Source: Candidatus Bathyarchaeota archaeon (GTDB taxonomy: Archaea > Thermoproteota > Bathyarchaeia > Bathyarchaeales > Bathycorpusculaceae). Taken from it: a stretch of DNA of 64,000 nt. Under the pieces are notes generated by a model that did no database searches, was not told the origin of the DNA, and worked only from the letters and a program-made list of their open reading frames with translations. Location of the stretch: contig OY970340.1 of NCBI GenBank assembly GCA_963717465.1, positions 384,001 to 448,000 on the forward strand, read 5' to 3'. Of the stretch, positions 21,353 to 31,109 are shown piece after piece (position 1 is the stretch's first letter; each line of letters begins with the position of its first letter). The position numbers were made by a program, and so were the translations under genes.

Positions 21353-22012
21353 TCAAATAAGATGGTATAGGCTAATTGATACGGGCGTTGCGAAAGCAAA
21401 GAACGAGATCAAGATATGAGCTATAGCATTCCATCTTACTGATTCTGTTTTGAATGAAACTAGGCCGTAGACTAACCCTAAAGGAAGAGTTAACGCTATA
21501 AAGAACGGAGTTGCGGCTGTCCAGCTGATAAGTGAAGAAGAAACGTGTTGCACACTAAACCATAGTGTGGGATAAAGGAAAGATAGAAAAAGCTGGTTTG
21601 GAAAAGATTTGATGTAGAGACCTCGCCACAAAATTTCTTCGCCAGCCCCTGCTATTATCGAGAGAGGGACAGCGAGAAGAATTACTGGAAGAGGCGTAGT
21701 CTGAAAATTAGGAATATAATACATAAAAACAGAGCCTACAATTGTGCCCATCAATAATATAATCAAGTACCAGTTTTTCTTAGAGAAAAAGGGTGATTTC
21801 TCGCGGAAAATTCCTATAAAACCTTGTTTGCCCAACATAATTGAAGGAATAAGATAACACCAAACCGCCCAGTAAAAGGCAAATCCTATCACGTAACTCC
21901 AATCTTTTTCCAAAAAATAATTTGTTAATAGGAAAACCGTTGCTGTACTGGCAATTAGCAGAATTGGTAGTCCTAAGAGCAGAAATCGGCTTTTTGATTG
22001 TATGTTGGTCAA
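21353..22012 (-). CDS. CPBP (CAAX/Abi) family intramembrane glutamic endopeptidase
   Basis: EEILWRG, FSVQH and AH motifs in a multi-TM protein. The longer ORF call runs through the tRNA fragment, so start is set at TTG 22012. Confidence 0.85.
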   Translation of the reverse strand: MTNIQSKSRFLLLGLPILLIASTATVFLLTNYFLEKDWSYVIGFAFYWAVWCYLIPSIMLGKQGFIGIFREKSPFFSKKNWYLIILLMGTIVGSVFMYYIPNFQTTPLPVILLAVPLSIIAGAGEEILWRGLYIKSFPNQLFLSFLYPTLWFSVQHVSSSLISWTAATPFFIALTLPLGLVYGLVSFKTESVRWNAIAHILISFFAFATPVSISLYHLI

Positions 22013-22086
22013 GTCTGTGCAGGCTCCTAAACGCAGAATAAAGCTGTCGAAAAAAGTATTAATATCTTTTCGGAATGGCGGCATGG

Positions 22087-22141
22087 GGACATTAGCCTTC
22101 CAAGCTAATGATCTCGGGTTCAAATCCCGGCTACCACACCA
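22087..22141 (+). repeat. Direct repeat of tRNA-Gly 3' 55 nt (att-like)
   Basis: Matches 21177-21231 with 3 mismatches; lacks the 5' acceptor strand and most of the D arm. Confidence 0.92.
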
Positions 22142-22235
22142 AATCATGCGTCTAACCATTTTTATCCATTTTAGAAACAGCCACGTGCATAAAATTCAGA
22201 AGTATCTTATACATCCTTTAACAGTGCCATATTTG

Positions 22236-23045
22236 ATGTTACTGAAGAAAGTAGTTAGCCCAAACCAGCTCAGCCAGTGCAAGAGATTTCTTGCCAAGGA
22301 TGTTGCAGTCAATGTGCTGATACTTGGCGATTGCTATTCCCCATTGTTACAGGCAAGTACAATATTTTACGCTCAAGAAGGCAATCGAATTCTCGGAGTC
22401 GGCTCGGTTTTCCGCGGTTTTCAAAAACCCAGCATAGCTCTCGGAGAAATGACTACTACAACAAAAAGAGCATTGCTCGAAAAGGCTCTGGAAAAAGTGG
22501 ATGATGTCTTCATTTCAATCTGTCCAAAAGACGAGGTCGAGATAATCAAGGAATACGCAACAGTCTTGACCGTTCACGATGAACACCAAATGGTAACCGA
22601 TTCACCCAAAGCAGTAGATGGCAATATTGAGGTTGCTAGGGTAAGCAAGTCCGAGTTTGAAGAGCTTAACAAATTCTACTTAGAACACCATGCAATAGCT
22701 TGGATACCTCTCCAGTTTAAGGTTGGCCCATACTACTGCATAAAACAGAACAAAAAAATAGTTAGCGCCGCTGGAGTGCATTTGTGTACGCCCAACATAG
22801 CGCACTTGGGAAACATAATCACAGATGAAGCATACCGAAACAGGGGATTCGGCACCGCTTGCACGAGCACTTTAACACATAATCTATGCACGGGAAGAAG
22901 AATCACCAGTCTCTATGTAATGGCTGACAACAAACCTGCAATCCACATGTACGAGAAACTTGGTTTCAAAAAAACACGCGAAATTGCATACGTAACTGCA
23001 CAAAAACGGCCTAACGCGGTCTCAAATCAGATTCTTAGGAAATAA
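22236..23045 (+). CDS. GNAT family N-acetyltransferase (FR47-like C-terminal domain)
   Basis: GNIITDEAYRNRGFG, NKPAIHMYEKLGF. Confidence 0.88.
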   Translation: MLLKKVVSPNQLSQCKRFLAKDVAVNVLILGDCYSPLLQASTIFYAQEGNRILGVGSVFRGFQKPSIALGEMTTTTKRALLEKALEKVDDVFISICPKDEVEIIKEYATVLTVHDEHQMVTDSPKAVDGNIEVARVSKSEFEELNKFYLEHHAIAWIPLQFKVGPYYCIKQNKKIVSAAGVHLCTPNIAHLGNIITDEAYRNRGFGTACTSTLTHNLCTGRRITSLYVMADNKPAIHMYEKLGFKKTREIAYVTAQKRPNAVSNQILRK

Positions 23046-23125
23046 ACATGGACAGTTGAAGCGCACATAAAAGATTGCTGAAATAATGAATAGAGAGTGT
23101 TTTGCTTGTTGTCGAAAAGTCGAGT

Positions 23126-23665
23126 TTAACTTGTTAGGAAAAGCTCCATCATGATCCTGTCGGCGTATGTTCCGTTTTCGTATTTTATGTCACATGTTAG
23201 TTTTCCGCATTCTTTAAAGCCGCACTTCTGGTAGACATGCATAGCTCGCTTGTTTGTTGAAAATACGGAGAGCTGAATGATTTCGAAACCGCTTTTTCTG
23301 GCAACTTCTGTAAGTTCTGTTATCAAAATTGTTCCCAGTCCGTTGTTGCGATAATTCTTATGAACGAAAATACCGAATTGTACCACATGTGCTTCTTTAT
23401 TCGCGCCAGGAATAATGCTTGCTCCTCCGGCAACTTTGCCGTCTACTCTCGCTACAAGATAGCGCATTCCTTTTGTATTGCCATCATCTAAATATTTCTC
23501 GGAGTCACTTCTGCCCACGTCTTGGTTCATCAACAAGTATTTATTTTCGTGAATTACGCTGTTTAAAACCTCAACAACTTCATCAATGTCATCTCTGCCG
23601 AACCAACTCAAAGAAGCTGCTTTTCCATTCTTTAAAGCTACATTCTTGTATAGCAAAGAATTCAC
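23126..23665 (-). CDS. GNAT family N-acetyltransferase
   Basis: GIFVHKNYRNNGLG, NKRAMHVYQKCGF. Confidence 0.9.
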   Translation of the reverse strand: MNSLLYKNVALKNGKAASLSWFGRDDIDEVVEVLNSVIHENKYLLMNQDVGRSDSEKYLDDGNTKGMRYLVARVDGKVAGGASIIPGANKEAHVVQFGIFVHKNYRNNGLGTILITELTEVARKSGFEIIQLSVFSTNKRAMHVYQKCGFKECGKLTCDIKYENGTYADRIMMELFLTS

Positions 23666-23740
23666 TGCTCCCTATTTGATATTGACTTACTGATAAAGCA
23701 TCACATTTTTGCTTAACGAAAATGATGAAAGCCGAATCGC

Positions 23741-24211
23741 TTACAGCTTTTGAATGAGATTGCTCTGATTTGGCTTGAATCCCATCGCCTTGTATGCTGC
23801 GATAGCTGCGTCGTTTTGGACATCGACATTGAGATTTACGTATTCTATTTTATGTTCTTTCATCCATTTTAGAGCCTGTTTCATCAATGCTGTAGCGATT
23901 CCGCGGCGACGATACGCTGGAACCACGTACACAGCCATTATATGGCCAATCTTCCGAATCTCCATATGCGGGTAATAATCATTGATGCTGCATGCCAGAA
24001 ACCCGATTATGTCTTCTTCCTGTGCCACCAGTACAAGTCCATCCCCTGAAGTGGACTTTTCGATCCAATCCGTGATGTATGCAGCGCTTAGCTCAGACGC
24101 GTTTTCTCTTAGGCGATACATCGGACTATAAGAAGAATGCTGAATATCCAAGTCGTGGTTAAGTAAAGCTATTTTCTTTGAATCTTCAGAAGTTGCTATT
24201 CTCACGAGCAT
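23741..24211 (-). CDS. GNAT family N-acetyltransferase
   Basis: VYVVPAYRRRGIA, NDAAIAAYKAMGF. Confidence 0.9.
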   Translation of the reverse strand: MLVRIATSEDSKKIALLNHDLDIQHSSYSPMYRLRENASELSAAYITDWIEKSTSGDGLVLVAQEEDIIGFLACSINDYYPHMEIRKIGHIMAVYVVPAYRRRGIATALMKQALKWMKEHKIEYVNLNVDVQNDAAIAAYKAMGFKPNQSNLIQKL

Positions 24212-24291
24212 TTCAAATCAATGTGAGATATAGGCTTATTTTCATTAAAAGCCTTTTAAGCGGAAAGCGCCAAAAAGTCAGTGGTGTTATC

Positions 24292-24900
24292 ATGCGTGCA
24301 CCTAGGACTCTCAACGATGTTAATTCGAGCAAAAGAAAACGATCTGCGAACCCTACAGTCATTACCCAGACTGCGAGACTAGAGTTGCGGGAGTTTCAGA
24401 AAGCTGATTGGGCAGATGTACATGAGTACGCTTCTGATCCGATTGTGACTCGCTTCATGGGTTGGGGACCCAACTCAGAAGAGGAAACAAGCATGTTTAT
24501 CCAGAAATCTATCGCTCAAAAGAATGAGAGACCCCGCATGAATTATTCTCTAGCAGTTGTGACTCGTGAGGGGAATCGACTTATCGGTGGCTGTGGGATA
24601 TACGAGTCAAACGTTAAGAATCGAGAGGGGTGGATTGGCTATTGTTTGAACCACCAGTTATGGGGTCAAGGTTATGCTACTGAAGCAGCGCTTGCACTCG
24701 TAGATTTTGGCTTCACGCATCTCAATTTTCATCGAATATTTGCCACTTGCGACCCAGCGAACACTGCATCGGCGCATGTTATGGAAAAAATTGGAATGCG
24801 ATACGAAGGACACCTCAAAGAAAACATTCAGCACAATGGAGAATGGCTTGATTCACTCTTATACGCAATACTTGACCGAGAATGGAAAACATCGAAGTAA
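24292..24900 (+). CDS. GNAT family N-acetyltransferase (RimJ/RimL type)
   Basis: TARLELREF, IGYCL...WGQGYATEA, NTASAHVMEKIGM. Confidence 0.9.
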   Translation: MRAPRTLNDVNSSKRKRSANPTVITQTARLELREFQKADWADVHEYASDPIVTRFMGWGPNSEEETSMFIQKSIAQKNERPRMNYSLAVVTREGNRLIGGCGIYESNVKNREGWIGYCLNHQLWGQGYATEAALALVDFGFTHLNFHRIFATCDPANTASAHVMEKIGMRYEGHLKENIQHNGEWLDSLLYAILDREWKTSK

Positions 24901-25044
24901 TCTTTTATGCGAGTAAACGCATGCTTTAGCCAAGCTAATCGACGCTAAACTTATTTCTGACATTTATTGCTGCAATCTTTCAAGTCCGGAGCAAGAGGTT
25001 GGCTTTCAAGTTAACAAGAGGATTTGTATTTTGATTTAGCGAGC

Positions 25045-25525
25045 CTATAATTTGCGAACCATATTACATATTATACTGGCTAGGCTTGAATCTCATCGCT
25101 GCCCAAGTTGAGATAGCCCCATCGTTCTGGACTGAGACGCCGATGTCGACATATTGGACGTTATTTTGTTTTAGCCAATTTAAAGCTTCGTTCAGCATTG
25201 CTGAAGCGATTCCTCTTCGAAGATATGCTGAAACCACATACACCTTTATAATATGACCCATCTTCCGAATTTCCCAATTAGGATTACTCCGCTCATCGAT
25301 CTTGCATGTTAGGAACCCAACTATATCCGTGTCTTGAGCGACGAGAACAAGCCACTCTGCTGAATTTGACTTTTCGATTTTATCCTGTAGATAAGCGATG
25401 GCAGCGTCAGATGTGTTTTCCTTAATGTGGTAAAGCGGATGATACGGAGAATGGTACAGATCCAAATCGCGGGCGAGTTGAGTCAATCGTTCGGAGTCTT
25501 AAAGAGTTGCTTTCCTTACAAGCAT
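25045..25525 (-). pseudogene. GNAT pseudogene, paralog of 23741-24211
   Basis: MLVRKATL*DSER versus paralog MLVRIATSEDSK (TAA at codon 9); a 7-nt tandem duplication TAATATG near the 3' end creates an early stop. Confidence 0.8.
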
Positions 25526-25613
25526 TTTTGGTTCATGTTATTTTTGGTTTATTACATAAAAATTTGTGCCGCTTTCTTTAACGGCGCATTTTAACTCCAA
25601 AAAGCAAAGATGA

Positions 25614-25724
25614 CCTTCCAAGCAAATTATCGGGTTCATATTCCTTCGAACATACCATTTATTTTCAAAGGTTGGATGTTGAATTTACAAAGACAGCTAA
25701 AATGGTTTGTTTATGTTGAAAATA
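25614..25724 (+). repeat. Degenerate copy of tRNA-Gly 3' half plus about 65 nt of its downstream flank
   Basis: CCTTCCAAGC..CGGGTTCA..ACCA..TGGATGTTGAATTTA..AAAGAC..TTGTTTA.GTT.AAAATA is colinear with 21186-21297. Confidence 0.8.
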
Positions 25725-26093
25725 ACCTTTTTCTAGGCAAAATTTTTCATTATCTTTCTTCTAAATTGATTTAAAATTGTTTAAATCTCTGCATCGTGCA
25801 GGATGTCAGTTCGAACTTCGAAGTAAACTTAAGGATACAGTTATAACAAATGCAGCATAATCACTTTATCATGTCAAGCGCTACTCACTTAACCAACATA
25901 GAACAAAAACAAAAGATAGATCAGAAAATAATGAAACAACTTGCTAAAATAATGGAATCATTGCCAAATATTGAAGATTAACACTAAATCTATTTTTTCA
26001 GCCATAGTTTTTTCGCTAAAAACTCGGCGTAATGTTGCAAAATTCAAAATGTTTGAAAATTTATAAATTGTGCGAGTTGCTTTAAGCTGTCTC

Positions 26094-26498
26094 ATGCATG
26101 AATGGGCGTTAGCTGAAGCAGTCTTAGCGGCGGCAAAACAAACTGCTGAAAAAGAAAAACTCAAAGAAATCACCGCGTTAACCATAAGAATCGGTGAACT
26201 GCAAAATGTTGAGCGAGGCATCCTGCGTTTCGCTTTAAATCAACTTAAGATAGACATTTTAATTTTTAAGAACACGAAATTTCACATCTACAAAGCCAAG
26301 TCATCTCTTAAATGCAAAGTTTGCGGAACAACTTGGCTTTTCAAAAAGGAAAATCTTGCCAAAGAAGCATCAGAAGCTATTCATTTTATTCCAGAAGTTG
26401 CCCACACCTACATTAAATGTCCCAAGTGCGGCAGTCCAGACTTTGAAATCATCAGTGGACGTGGAATTTGGCTTGAAAACGTCAGAGGAGTAAAATAG
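26094..26498 (+). CDS. hypA: Hydrogenase nickel incorporation protein HypA
   Basis: MHEWALA, GELQ, CKVC...IHFIPE...CPKC, RG. Confidence 0.93.
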   Translation: MHEWALAEAVLAAAKQTAEKEKLKEITALTIRIGELQNVERGILRFALNQLKIDILIFKNTKFHIYKAKSSLKCKVCGTTWLFKKENLAKEASEAIHFIPEVAHTYIKCPKCGSPDFEIISGRGIWLENVRGVK

Positions 26499-26504
26499 GA
26501 GATC

Positions 26505-27251
26505 ATGATCGACCCGAGAACAAGTGTGATAAGCAAGCGGCTTGCAGGTGTAAACCGGATTATTGCTGTTTCAAGCGGCAAAGGCGGAGTTGGAAAAAGC
26601 ATGGTGGCAACTATACTTGCCTTAACGCTTGCTCGTAAAGGTTGCAAGTTAGGATTATTCGACACAGACTTTACAAGCCCATCAACGCATATTATTCTGG
26701 GTGCCCGTGATATTTCTCCTAAAGAGGAAAAAGGTCTTGTTCCACCCTTAATCGATGGTTTAGAATTCATGTCGCTTGTTTACTTTTCAGGGGATAAGCC
26801 AGCTCCTTTGCGAGGTGCTGATGTCTCGAACGCTTTAATCGAGTTACTCACTATTACTCGATGGGGTGAACTTGATTTTCTCATAATTGACATGCCGCCT
26901 GGAATCGGCGATGCAATCCTGGATCTTTTAAGACTCATAAAGAGAATTGAGTTTTTAATAGTTACAACCCCTTCACTGTTAGCGTTTGAAACCGTCAAAA
27001 AACAAGTAAACTTGATTAGCGAATTGAAAATGCCTATAATCGGAATACTTGAAAACATGAAAATGGACAAAACAGAACATATCAAGCGGGAAACAGAAAA
27101 GTTGGGATTAAAGTTTCTCGGAGAGATACCTTTTGATTCAAAGGTTGAAGCTGCCATTGGCAACCATAACAAACTGCTTGAAACAACCATCGGCAAAAAG
27201 ATCGATCAAGTAGTCACTGAAGCCGTTTTATCTAATTCGGAGAACGATTAG
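26505..27251 (+). CDS. Mrp/MinD-family ATPase, probably ATPase-type HypB
   Basis: IDPR N-terminus, SGKGGVGKS, DMPPG, ENM; lacks the CxxC of Nbp35; directly follows hypA as in Thermococcales. Confidence 0.8.
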   Translation: MIDPRTSVISKRLAGVNRIIAVSSGKGGVGKSMVATILALTLARKGCKLGLFDTDFTSPSTHIILGARDISPKEEKGLVPPLIDGLEFMSLVYFSGDKPAPLRGADVSNALIELLTITRWGELDFLIIDMPPGIGDAILDLLRLIKRIEFLIVTTPSLLAFETVKKQVNLISELKMPIIGILENMKMDKTEHIKRETEKLGLKFLGEIPFDSKVEAAIGNHNKLLETTIGKKIDQVVTEAVLSNSEND

Positions 27252-27253
27252 AA

Positions 27254-27991
27254 ATGCCCAATTGCAAAGCAATAATATTTGATTACATAGGCACTCTGGT
27301 CTGTCCCCGAAATTACGACATGGATGCTTCAAAAGAAAAGCTTTACAAGGCATTAGTTGCCTCAGGGTTCAAAGTTGACAGGGAAAACTTCTTTAAAGCT
27401 TATTCTCAAGCACACGAGAAATACCGAATTGTACGTTACGAGCAGTTTAAGGAAGTAACTAACGCCGTTTGGGTTGCAGAAGCATTAAAAAATCTTGGCT
27501 TCAACGTAACCGAAGATGACTCACGAATAAAAGAAGCCTTAAACGTCTTCTTCAAAGACTTCATAGACACATTAACCCTGAGGCCGAACACTAAAAAACT
27601 AATAAAACACGCCAAACAAAATTTTAAACTGGGATTAATCTCGAATTTTACTTATGCACCGGTAATTTATGCAAGCCTAAAGCAATTAGGCATAAGTGAC
27701 TTTTTCAGCGTGGTTGTGGTTTCACAAGAAAATGGGTGGCGTAAACCAAGCAAACACATTTTCCAAGAAGCCTTAAGCAAACTCAAAGTGAACCCTGAAA
27801 ACGCGGTTTTCGTCGGAGATAGCCCAATTGAAGATATCAAAGGAGCCAAGGATTCAGGGTTGAAAACGGTTTTCATTCCGTCAAAATTTAACTCGTTAAA
27901 AGATCTTGCCGAAAGTAAGCAGCAACCAGATTTTATCTTTAAAAATTTGAAGGATTTTTACGTTGACTTTGCTGGGATTGTCGGCAACTAA
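27254..27991 (+). CDS. HAD-superfamily hydrolase
   Basis: FDYIGTL, ISNF, KP, VGDSPIEDIKGA. Confidence 0.88.
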   Translation: MPNCKAIIFDYIGTLVCPRNYDMDASKEKLYKALVASGFKVDRENFFKAYSQAHEKYRIVRYEQFKEVTNAVWVAEALKNLGFNVTEDDSRIKEALNVFFKDFIDTLTLRPNTKKLIKHAKQNFKLGLISNFTYAPVIYASLKQLGISDFFSVVVVSQENGWRKPSKHIFQEALSKLKVNPENAVFVGDSPIEDIKGAKDSGLKTVFIPSKFNSLKDLAESKQQPDFIFKNLKDFYVDFAGIVGN

Positions 27992-28033
27992 GCTTCTCGC
28001 CTTAAACAGGAATAGCAACTGCCAGTGGGAAGC

Positions 28034-28231
28034 CTATTTTTTGTTTTGCTCTTTAGGTTTAGAGCCTATTTCTACGCATAAAATATTAATTTGATAGTTT
28101 TTTCCTCCAGCCATCATTTTTCCTTGGGCATGGTAGCCTTTGCTTCCTGTTTTGAAGTCTTTTTTGCTTAGAAGAAAATTCTGTTTTTCACCATTTAGTT
28201 GGACAGTTACAACGTCAGTTATATCGCTCAT
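28034..28231 (-). CDS. Small hypothetical protein
   Basis: Compact 65-aa ORF with KDFKTGSKGY..GK...YQ...EIGSK motif. Confidence 0.75.
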   Translation of the reverse strand: MSDITDVVTVQLNGEKQNFLLSKKDFKTGSKGYHAQGKMMAGGKNYQINILCVEIGSKPKEQNKK

Positions 28232-28443
28232 TTAATCGCAAACTCCACAATAATTAATAAGTTGTTCCTTTTCACCTTTTCGCTCTTCAAATTGTGAAGC
28301 CAAATAATGTGAATACATGATCGTCCGCACACATTGTTATATGCAAAATTGAAACACCATAGAATTCCGCATGTACAAATCTGGAATAACGCTTAATGAT
28401 ACCCGACTTGATTTAGAGGAAAAACTGAATCAAACTAATCAGT

Positions 28444-30207
28444 GTGATTAAATTGAACATCTTCGCAGTGCTTACACTATTCGCAAGCATTATCAGCTTA
28501 ACATTAGGCGCAACTATTTGTTTCCTCAAAAAGAAAACATCGTTGAATAGACTATTTGCGTTGGTTTTCCTGGTTAATGCTTACTGGGCGTTTGGCGAAT
28601 TTATGCTTGGACAAGCGAGCACTCTTGGAATGGCAATATTTTGGAGTAAAGTAATTTCTTTTTATCCTTTCTTCATAGCACTTCTATTTCAGTGCATACT
28701 GATTTTTACAGAAAGTAACTTGTTAAAAAGCAAGTGGACATATGTTGTTTTGTATCTTCCACCATTGGTTTTTTCGATTATCAATTTAACAACAAACCTA
28801 ATTGAAACGACACCTGTCCTTGAATCTTGGGGTTACACTTCCACTTTACAATCCAACTCATTACTTGCAATTATTTTTGTGATCTGGGCCGCGACACTTA
28901 TACTTTCATCAGTCTCCTGGTGCACTGCATACTACTATCGCTTGACAGAAACTAACAGAAAATTAGACAGCTAAACTTGTTACTGTAGGCTTAGTTATTA
29001 GCATATTTTTGTCCATTTTATACTAGCCATATTTTTCCAATTTTAAATGTCAATATCCCAGGCCTAACAAATATTTTGATCAGCTTGGCAGGAATCTTTA
29101 TTGCTTTTGCAATTTTCAGGTTGAACATCTACAGCCTGAACCCTGAGATAGCCGCAGATAACATTGTGTCGACTATGCTTGATTCACTTATCCTTGTGGA
29201 TTTAAAGGGAAAAATAATTAATGTTAATCGTGCTTTTTTTGAATTTACTAGGTTTTGAAGAGAATGAGGTAATCGGGAAATCAATAAGAGAGATGAGTAA
29301 AAAGACAAGTAACATTGATGAAAAAACTTTCGAAAACTTGCTTACTAAATTGAAGGCTGAAGGCAAAATTAAGAATTACGAATTTAAATTTTATAAGTCA
29401 GGCGAGGAAACAACAGGTTTGTTATCGAGTTCAATAGTGAAAAACAAGCAAGGTCAAGAAATTGGGATAGCAATTCTTATTCATGATATTACTGAACGGA
29501 AAAAAATGGAGAAAAAGCTTGTTAAGGCTGAAAGATTGGCGTCAATCGGTGAATTAGCGGGCATGATTGGACATGATCTGCGCAACCCTCTAACGGGTAT
29601 TCGAGGCGCAGTGTACTATCTTAAGACAAAACACGCGGCGAAAATGGATGAAAATGACAAAGCAATGTTTGAAACTATAGAGAGAAGCATAGAGTATTCA
29701 AACAAAATTATTAATGACTTGCTTGAATATTCACGCGAAATAAATCTAATGCTTCAGAAAACTACGCCGAAAAATCTTTTGACGAACGCGATTTCTCTTG
29801 TTAAAGTTCCAGAGAAAATTCAGGTTATTGACGAAACGGAAGATAAGCCAATAATGCAAGTTGATATTGCCAGAATGAAACGTGTTTTTACTAGCCTAAT
29901 AAAAAATGCTTTTGATGCAATGCCAAACGGTGGAACACTCACAATAAAAAGCGAAGATGCCAAAGACTGGGTTGACTTCAGTTTCGCAGATACAGGTGCT
30001 GGAATGGATCAAGAAACGCTGCAAAAGATTTGGACCCCGTTATTCACAACCAAAGCAAAGGGCATGGGTTTTGGATTAGCCATCAGCAAACGCATAATTC
30101 TAGCTCACGGCGGAAAAATCACAGCTGAAAGCACTCCAGATAAAGGAACAACTATCACTTTTTCACTTCCAGTGCTAAACTCAAAGCCTGATCAAATTAA
30201 GGAATAA
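28444..30207 (+). CDS. Membrane (7TM-type N-terminus) PAS histidine kinase, frameshifted
   Basis: TM N-terminal ORF, PAS fragment, H-box GHDLRNPL and HATPase boxes spread over three ORF pieces. Confidence 0.85.
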
Positions 30208-30246
30208 CTTCTTCTGGCATCAAAGCGAGAAAAAAATTTATAATCT

Positions 30247-31029
30247 TTAGTGTCTAAACTTAGCTACTCTATTCGCTATCAATGTTGCCATTGCTCCAGC
30301 AGCAACTCCAGCGTCGATATTAACAACTGCCAAGCCTAACGAGCATGATTGGAGCATGGCCATTAAAGCGCTTACTCCTTTTTCGCCGAAACCGTAACTG
30401 TTTGATGTTGGAACGCCGATAACTGGCACGTCAACCATTCCAGCTACGACTGAGCAGAGTGCACCTTCCCTTCCAGCAACCACAATTATGACATCAACAT
30501 CTTTTAAGATTAAATCTTTCAATGGTTGAAATAGTCTATGAATTCCTGCGACGCCTAAATCGTAGCAAGTGAAGACTTCGCAGCCCATTTCTTGAGCAAC
30601 TACTTTTGCTTCTTCAGCTACAGGGATATCTGAGGTTCCAGCGGATAGTATTCCGATTTTTCCGCCTGTGAGTTTTGTCTCATAATTTTTCTTTTTCAGA
30701 ATGACCATTCGCGACTTATCGTTAACCTGTAAAACTGAATCTTCAGGCACAGCTCCATTAAGTAGTTGAATGTACTCTGATGCGCACCGGCTGACAATTA
30801 CACGCCCATTTTCTGATAGCATTTTCAAGGCTATATCAACAACAATCTGAGGGGGTTTACCTTCTGCCATAATTATTTCAGGCAAACCATTACGAAACTC
30901 TCTTTTAGAATCAAGTTTCGCCATTTCTTCCAATTCAGTTATAGCTAAAAGACGAATTAGTTTTTCTGCCTCGTCAACTTTTATTTCGTTCTTAGAGGTT
31001 TTTTCAAGAATTTCTTTAAGCGTGAACAT
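30247..31029 (-). CDS. larB: Nickel-pincer cofactor biosynthesis protein LarB
   Basis: PEI.MAEGK, AGTSDIPVAEEA, DLGVAGIHRL, VPTSNSYG, MLQSCS, VVNID. Confidence 0.92.
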   Translation of the reverse strand: MFTLKEILEKTSKNEIKVDEAEKLIRLLAITELEEMAKLDSKREFRNGLPEIIMAEGKPPQIVVDIALKMLSENGRVIVSRCASEYIQLLNGAVPEDSVLQVNDKSRMVILKKKNYETKLTGGKIGILSAGTSDIPVAEEAKVVAQEMGCEVFTCYDLGVAGIHRLFQPLKDLILKDVDVIIVVAGREGALCSVVAGMVDVPVIGVPTSNSYGFGEKGVSALMAMLQSCSLGLAVVNIDAGVAAGAMATLIANRVAKFRH

Positions 31030-31109
31030 TGCAACATTCACTTTCCAAAGAACCACAATTAATATATCGTTTTTTGGTCTTTTTAATGTTAGCAATCGGT
31101 CGGAGTATA

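Larger units (their letters stand above)
21232..25724. mobile_element. tRNA-Gly-anchored mini genomic island without integrase
   Basis: Bounded and subdivided by direct copies of the tRNA 3' end; cargo is a CPBP protease plus five GNAT genes. Confidence 0.6.

Noticed and set aside
22087..22141. Second tRNA-Gly gene or split-tRNA half
   Set aside because: It lacks the 5' acceptor strand, has substitutions in the acceptor and T stems, and shows no complementary leader for trans-splicing; it is better read as an att-like repeat.
22002..22235. Long N-terminal extensions of the CPBP and first GNAT ORFs in the ORF track
   Set aside because: They run through the tRNA-derived repeat and overlap each other; downstream starts fit better.
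24926..24939. TTAGCCAAGCTAAT, resembling the tRNA anticodon arm minus TTCC
   Set aside because: It is too short and flanking similarity is absent, so it may be chance and was not counted as a repeat copy.
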